A stretch of 63,552 nucleotides of DNA, the filler included, from Choristocarpus tenellus KU-1152 (lineage: Eukaryota; Protista; Phaeophyceae): assembly GCA_964200185.2 (NCBI GenBank). It is 10 parts of 10 records of this genome, joined end to end, with 100 filler letters (N's around TTAATTAATTAA, not from the genome) between each part and the next. Parts side by side here need not be neighbours in the genome. Positions count along the whole stretch, not along the records: positions 52,779 to 63,552 come from CAXNAD020002717.1; 9 more parts are not named here. The stretch is one strand, 5' to 3'. Shown piece after piece: positions 56,481 through 63,552 of the stretch. A program made the position numbers and the translations under genes. Under the pieces are notes generated by a model. The model searched no databases, was not told the DNA's origin, and saw nothing but the letters and a program-made list of their open reading frames with translations. Position 1 is the stretch's first letter, and each line of letters starts with the position of its first letter.

Positions 56481-58173
56481 TTTCTATCTATAGCCTTTGG
56501 CACGAGTTTGTCAAGTCTGTGCTCTTGTTGCATGTGCTATGTACAAGACCACACAATACGTTGGCAAAACCAGAAGATAAATTAAAATAGCGGATACTAT
56601 CTGATGCATATTCCTACCTCCAACCCTAGAATGCCTATCTTGTAGTAGTGCGTTGTTGAGTTCAAATCTCTGTAACTGCAGCTCCAATAGACACCATCCC
56701 TACTATACCAAATTTGCGCTGATTGGGCAGATTGTTCCACACAGTTGCACCACCATTTGGACATGCTTCTATTTTCCAGAGCATTGCAGACACTCCAACC
56801 AGAATATTAAACTGCACCGCCCACCCGTGATTGTTATGCAGGAAGAGCATACTGTGATTTTACCTGCAAGGGTTAGGAAGATATGACGAGTAGCAGATGG
56901 AGGGCAGGAAATGTGTGGTACCTGCCAAGTGTTCCTGGTAAACATCTGCAATAAGGCCTTCGAGTCTCTCCACCAAAACCCCTATAGCTTCATCACATTT
57001 CTGAACCTAGTTCAGAATCATGATCCATGTCATGGTCGACATCGCCACAGTTCCAACAGAAACAATATCCTCATCATCGTATCGCTGTGATTCACTGTGC
57101 ATCCTTCTTCCGTGGTGTGCAACTCTCCCCTCCTTGTTGTGCCTCCATCGTCTCCCCTCTTGATATCCTTGCTCAACACATTGACCCATATCTTATGGAT
57201 GAAGTTGTAACTTTGACTTGAGAGGGTTTATTTCTCTATTATTTGAGATATTTTGACATCATTCGGAAGTAATCCTATGTACATTTGTAAAAAATCCGAA
57301 ATATGCACATATTTGCTGACATCAATAATAATAGAAATGTAATAGTGGGTACTTCACTTACTTTCACTCTTTGGTACAACAGACTCGACCCCCTCGAAGT
57401 TGCCTATCATTGCAATCTTATAGTCCACTTTTTGTTGTGTGTATGTAATAATAGGAGGATATTACACAGATTATTAATCGTAGTCGTAGTAAAGTACATC
57501 ATTTATCCTAACGCATAATATATACAAACCCATTATGACCGTTTACCCTGCATAGAACATAGGAAAATTGAAGAACCAGACCTACCCATGAAAATAAGGA
57601 ATATTGAGTGGATGGAGTTCGAATTCGCAAAATTCATGCAAGACGTACGTTCCTTCAGGAGTACTGGTGAGACACAAAGACTCCTAGTCTATAATTAGTA
57701 GGTATTATTTGTACAATCCAAAACCACTTATCGTCCAAGGAGAAATTTCCACCCCCGGAGGTTGAACCACTACGAGTGTATGAGGACACCGAGTAACGGC
57801 AAGGTCCAGAACAAGCAAAGAGGTGAGGTATTGATATTTTTTTGGTGACTAAGGCACATCTGTCACTCAAGGAACTGGAAAATATGGAAATTTCGGTGGT
57901 ACAAATAATGCTTGATCATCGTTATGTTGTGTCCAATAAAGATTTGGTCGAGGGGAGTTCTTTTGGCGACGGAGGTCCGTTTGGGGCAGAATGCGCCTCT
58001 CTTACCCTCTGAACCAAGGTCTACAGAGACCAGACTGGTCCAAGAGTCATGACCTGGGATAACCAGCGAGGGGAAATCGATCCTTTCGAGGTAGTGTCCC
58101 TCGATTTTCTCATCGATACAAGTATTAGACGTAGAGTCGGCTATTGAACGTGTTCACACCGCCAACTTTCCAG

Positions 58174-60895
58174 TCATGGTGATACAACGTCTAGTCCGTC
58201 ATTTTCCGCCCAGGAGGTGGAAGCTACAAAAATACAGGCGTGGTTCCGAAGATGCCGTGTCGTTTTAAGGACCAAGCTTGAACTCCAGAATCTGCTCGAG
58301 TCTACGAAGGAGGAGTACCTCGTCGAGGTATTTAACACCCACTGTATACATTCACTTACCGTGCGATTTTGTTGGGGAATCACGTATAGGTTTGTGCTTT
58401 AGCATCGATGCCCAGGTGTGAGTTCAGGTGGAATACTCGAGTGCACAAAGATGCGTTACCCATTCTTGGCATCTGTTCGTGGACACATTGAACGTTGACA
58501 GTATCTGCTGGCATGTACGAGTGTTTAAAGTGCTTTGTTTGGATATGTAGCACAAGCAAATAGAAGAACTGTCTGCCTGCAAATATGTTAGGCAATGTTC
58601 GAGTCCCTGATGTTGTAGCACTGCACAGTTCTTCATGCTAAGCAAGATATAGTTGGATACATACACTAGTGTCGTCGTTTGGAAGAGTGTGTGGAGTTTA
58701 AGTATATATATCCTTCATATTTCATACAGCAAACATTGGAGCAGGTGATGATTGTTGATGTGGCAATTGAAACACTCTCTGGGAAACATAGCTCTTTGCT
58801 CATCTTGATTTTCTTCTTCCCCTCATGCCGACATATCTTGCTATTATTGCTACACTGCACTTGCACAGGAAAGTCTGACACCCGATCAGTTCATGTCCAT
58901 CGTGTCTTTCCAGCACCACATTAGAGGGTACCTACGCCGCATCGTCAAGGATTTGATGGCCCAAAGGATACAGCGCTTCATCACTCGTGTCCACAAACGT
59001 TTAAAAAGCCTTCTCAGCCATATTGCACACTCTGAGATCAAGGGCCTGGCTGTGAATTCCTCACACAGTAATGCACTAGCTTCAGCTATTGCCAAAGCTC
59101 AGATAGTAATGGACACATCCCTCAGGTTCGAAGATGCAAAGCAACGTGCTAGCACTGTTGTGAGCAACCTTTCCTCCACGGATTGTCTTTGTCTTCGGCC
59201 ATTCTCACGAGCAAATATCCCTGAATGGCCTTATGTTGGAGGAGACGTTAGTACTGATGGTCTATTCTTGTACAGGCGTTTGAAGGACGGCAATACAGCA
59301 CCCTTGAACCTGACACCAGAAACTACCTCTCCTAAGGAGGGAACACCTTTTTCCTGCAACCCTCTATGTGTTGGGCAGAGTCAATGCAATCGGCAGCCAG
59401 GTGGACTGTTTCGAAGTGTGGAGGTTAGAGGCTGTTCAATCAAGAGAAGGGGAGCCTCCTTCCGCTGGAAAAAAAATAGTGATAGGGATGGTACCAGGAG
59501 GGACGGTTTATTCCTCCTGATGTACAGGTCCTCAGATCCTTGGATGCTTGCTCGTGTTCTTTGTTTTCTATGGAATAGGCAAGGTGGTGCAGTACCCACT
59601 ATCCTGGAGCACCAGCTGTATAGGTGTGCTGCTGTGACACGAATCCAGGCAGCTTGGCGGGGTCATGTTTTGCGTTGGAATCTTCTCCCTTCTCTCACCT
59701 CCTGTGTCATCATTCTCCGTGCCACAATTTGTATTCAGAGGTGGTGGAGAGCCCTTGTGGGGCTGAAACGGCACTTCAACCTGCTTCATCGCCTTTGGGC
59801 AATGGCATCAGCAGTGTCCATGCCAACATTGTACATTGAATCTGATGTTTTTCACCTACTCACCAGTCAAGACCAACTGGAAAGGAAAAGCATGTGTGCC
59901 AAATTTGATACCACACAAGGGAGAATAGCTGCATTCGGATTCCAGAACAATGACAGAGTTGTGATAGACGATGAATTGTTACAGGGCCATCCTGTCACAA
60001 CAGACACAGGGGGCGGGCTGTCAGACTCTGGACGTCCATCAAGCTTGCCAAGGCGGAGCTTCCCGTATTGGTTACTGCCGACCATCCCACGATTCAAATT
60101 ATCTCAACAACATAGCTTTCATAGTATCAACAAGCCAGGAGCTTTGCTAACTACTGGAGTTGAGATACGCCAGGTTGAATGGCCGATCATTCCACCTAAG
60201 GCAATCAAGAAAGAAGAGAGTATCTTGGTCTCTTCGCAGGTTGAAGGACGGGGTTCCTCACACCTGCCAATTCAGGAATCTACTCTCCACAGAAGCAGCA
60301 AAGGCTTGTTAAATGTGTACGAGGAGTTTCCAAGGTCACCTTGCAGGCAGGCGTGGCAGTGCAGATTGTCAAGTAACGACCAAACCCCAGTTGATTTGAC
60401 ACAGAGCCACCCAGGCCTGCAGATGCTTCAGCTCACATATTGCAGCACAGAAGAGGCTAGGGCAAGAGCTCTTGTTCTAGCAGTTGTGACACAGGAGTCA
60501 GGGGTGAGGTCAAATCTTCCTCTTGCACAACTCTTTTCACTGGAAATGCTGAGCATTGCAGAAGTCAATGCCCAGGCGAAGGCTGGTGACTTTGACAGAG
60601 GTAGATTGGTCGAGATCTTACCAAAGAGTCTAGAAGAAGGGCGGAGTGCTGGAATCGCAGAACGGGCCTATGGCAATGGGACATACCAGGTATCATATCT
60701 AAGAAAGGGCCAAGGGAGAATAACCGTCAAATGGAAGAGCATTTACTAGTCACCAAAGTGTGATATATTCAAGGTGGTGCATTCAATCTCAGCTGATTGC
60801 ATGGGTTTCACAGGAGAATTTGGATATCACTATGCCACATGCTTGAGTTGAAACATTCCTGCGACCCTTCATTCCAGTACCCTTTGTTCCTTCAT

Positions 60896-60927
<32 letters not shown>

Positions 60928-62191
60928 TTATCTCACCCCAGGTCCACACCAGTCAGAGATACGTGAGTCAGAAAGTACAGGACACCGAGTTTCAATGCCT
61001 TGAATACACAAATCAGGAGAAGGCTCTTGTGGACCTCAGTTACCTGCCATCACCCTGGAGAAGGCTTGATTGTGAAAACCTGACAATATCTGACCGAGTC
61101 AATATTGAGTTTATCCGTCGTTCACTGCCATCAACCAGGAACACATGCTTTTTGTCTGATACCACAAGTCCACAGAAATTCGGACATAGAGCAAAAACTC
61201 TCATCAGCAAGTCTACCGAGAATACCCCTAGGCAAATGCCTAGCATGCACTTAAAATTACCTGTAGTGGATAGACTGGGACACACCCTTGGAGCTTCACC
61301 TCATATTTATCCAAGTCGACCACACAGTGCAGCTTCCGCACACACCAAGAAATGCGTAATGAATCAAGCTGAGCAATGTAACACCCAGCATTGGGGAAGT
61401 TCCCATGGGTTCCTGACAGGTAGGGGTGGGGAGATTGGACCTCAGGCTGCATCATCAGTTGGATTGAATCTGGATGTGGTCACTGGTCAAGGCATGGCAG
61501 ATGCAGTCGCATGGGTCCCTGACAATAGGTTCCATAGGGATTTGGAGAAGCTAATCTCACTAGCATCTATGCAGGCCGTTGCAGAATCAAAGGCAAGGAT
61601 TCTGACAGACAAACGTGATGCTGTGCAGCGTGCAAGGAGTGAAGAGCATGTGGAACCCACGCCACGGGAACGTTTACAAAGGCTGAGGATTGCCGAGACA
61701 GCATGGTGTCGCAGAGAAGCATCAGAGCAGAGGAAGTGGGAGGCAGGGGAGCAAGCTGAGCAGCGCATGAGGCGTATGTGCTCTGCAGTGGCTGCACGGG
61801 AGGCGGCACAAAAACGCCAGGAGGCTATTCTGTTGTCAACACAAGAAACACAGATGGAGAGGGCTATGGGGGCGGTGGAGGATAAGATTGACATGGAGAG
61901 GAAACTCTATCAAATTCTGGAGGCCCGAAGGACCAAGACTAATGCAGTCCAAGAGAGGGCAAGGGAGGAGAGGGAAACACATGCCAGGTATGCAATGGCG
62001 GTTTCAGAGAGTGCTGGGTTCTCAAGTAAGGTGTCGCAGCTTCAGCGGTGTGATCAAAAGAACAGTTTTGTGAAGCGCCGGGCGAGAGAGAGGGGGAGCC
62101 TGAAGCAGCAAGTTTTGGACAAACGAGCACACAAGGATGAGATGCGGCATACATTGCTCTGCAGGACTAAGGAGCAACAGATGCAGAAGAG
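58174..62191 (+). CDS. Large IQ-motif protein with a C-terminal coiled coil; core exons 58174-58327, 58869-60689, 60942-62191 (ends not resolved)
   Basis: IQ-like motifs ATKIQAWFRR, FQHHIRGYLRR, AQRIQRFITR, TRIQAAWRGHVLR, ICIQRWWR; E/R/A/Q-rich helical tail; exons join in phase 0. Further small exons probably lie upstream (~57550-58090) and downstream. Confidence 0.8.
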
Positions 62192-62310
62192 GTAAGGATG
62201 GGGAAAATATACATAGGCTAATAATCTAGTTTGCAGATAACCTCTGTTGAGGAGAAGAGGCACAGTTCTAGATGGGACTAGGGGTATGGTGGCAACCATA
62301 TTGGTGCAGT

Positions 62311-62485
62311 GGCTCAAAGTACCTGGGAGGGGTGGCGGCTGTCCAGTTTGGGTCAATTTCTTCATGCCGCGATTTTGGGGAGATTTGGTTGTATACATCG
62401 CATTGATAATGTAAGTGCACTTTTCCTGATTTTGGCCAAATGGATACCCTGGTGTAGACTCCCCCCCCCCCAGATACTTTGGGTC
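62311..62485. mobile_element. MITE family A, full-length copy (probably intronic)
   Basis: GGCTCAAAGTACCTGGG ... CCCAGATACTTTGGGTC; flanked by agt/agt. Confidence 0.9.
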
Positions 62486-63474
62486 AGTGGGGTTCCTTGG
62501 ACATCATATACACTAGCAGGACATTGCAGGGAGCTGGTGCAAGGTGTTGCTTGGCACTGTTGTTGCATTGCATACTGGATGTTTGCTGAGTTTGCATTGA
62601 ATCGCATTGAATTGCATTGCATACTGACTTTGGCTCACTACAACTCTATAGCACCAATTTGTTTCAGCATTTATGCTTGTTTTCTTTACCCCGTCTTGTT
62701 TTATTGTGTGCCATAAACATTTTGGAGTGCAATGGTTTGACCCTCTCCAGTATCCTGTTTGGCAATAACTTTACGCCTCTTTAATCATATACAAGTGCCT
62801 TTCCAAAATGGTGCTGGATCTTGAGTGAGATTTACAACATAATACATTACATGAGCTTCCCCCCAGATGCCAAATTTGTGCCTCCTAGTACTGGGTAATG
62901 CTTGTAGTTGGTTCTGTCTTTTCGTCATAAACATGGACATGCAGGTTGCGCCAGTTCAGTGGCTAGATGGAATGCACTGTCATGGGTGCTCCAGCAATGA
63001 CTTGGTTCAAATGATGACCCACAGAGCTCTATCCAGCGCAATGCAACTGTGGAAGTAACCATATCCAAAGCCCACGCAGAGAGGAGAAGAGATTACCTCT
63101 CTTTGCCCTTTTTCTCATTGATACTTATTCTTTGTTGTGAGGTCGAAGTTTGGCTTGAAAATCCGTAACGCCACCCGACATTTCAGTCACAAGATGCTTT
63201 TCTAAGTCTAGCTAAGCTGGCCAGTCTGCTGGCTGGGGACTTGCTCGTATGTGCACACATACAAAAAGAACATGAGCAAAGATAATTCAAAGTATCCTGA
63301 GCTTTGTGGAATGTTAAGTGTTTGGTAGTTGTTTCCTTGTCAAATTTTGAACATGCAAGTCCTAGGCTACTTAATACCCAAGGTGGGGCTGCTCCACTCT
63401 CATCCTATACCATCAACATGCACAATCCTAAAGTTCAATCTGTTCTATTCTGCTGACTATGACTATTCCAAGAT

Positions 63475-63552
63475 GACCCAAAGTATCTGGGGGGGGGGGG
63501 GGGGTCTACATCAGGGTGCCCATTTGACCCAAACCAGGAAGAGTTCCCTTAC
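63475..63552. mobile_element. MITE family A, partial copy at window end
   Basis: GACCCAAAGTATCT-polyG-TCTACATCAGGGTGCCCATTTGACCC. Confidence 0.8.

Noticed and set aside
62530-62900. 14-nt micro-exon plus terminal exon completing the IQ protein
   Set aside because: Phase-compatible but unsupported without transcript data.

Overview
Eukaryotic, intron-rich genomic DNA. It is probably a plastid-bearing, flagellated alga such as a brown alga or other ochrophyte; this is an inference from an intron-split ldpA, NME7/RNF32-like genes and TTAGGG motifs. The window is not one locus: ten contigs are concatenated by nine identical artificial 100-nt linkers (N44-TTAATTAATTAA-N44). Host genes reconstructed by hand from splice sites: a complete 12-exon alanine aminotransferase, and partial genes for a MAP3K-epsilon/Cdc15-like kinase, HIBCH, LdpA, an RNF32-like RING protein head-to-head with an NME7-like DM10 protein, and a large IQ-motif protein. 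Mobile DNA: decayed Copia and Gypsy pol, a full-length decayed plant-type mariner with DD40D spacing, an ~810-bp foldback element, several minisatellites and two abundant MITE families. Most notable: (1) both MITE families share bipartite, asymmetric ends (14-bp TIR plus a GTCCATTTGG box 30 nt from one end and 40 nt from the other, about one helical turn apart), with 4-bp TSDs shown by a nested insertion; (2) removing the nested MITEs from contig 8 reveals a hidden ORF with a ParB/DGQHR-like motif; (3) an AT-rich, intronless, decayed nadC-like fragment with a prokaryote-style ATGA gene overlap sits among host repeats.
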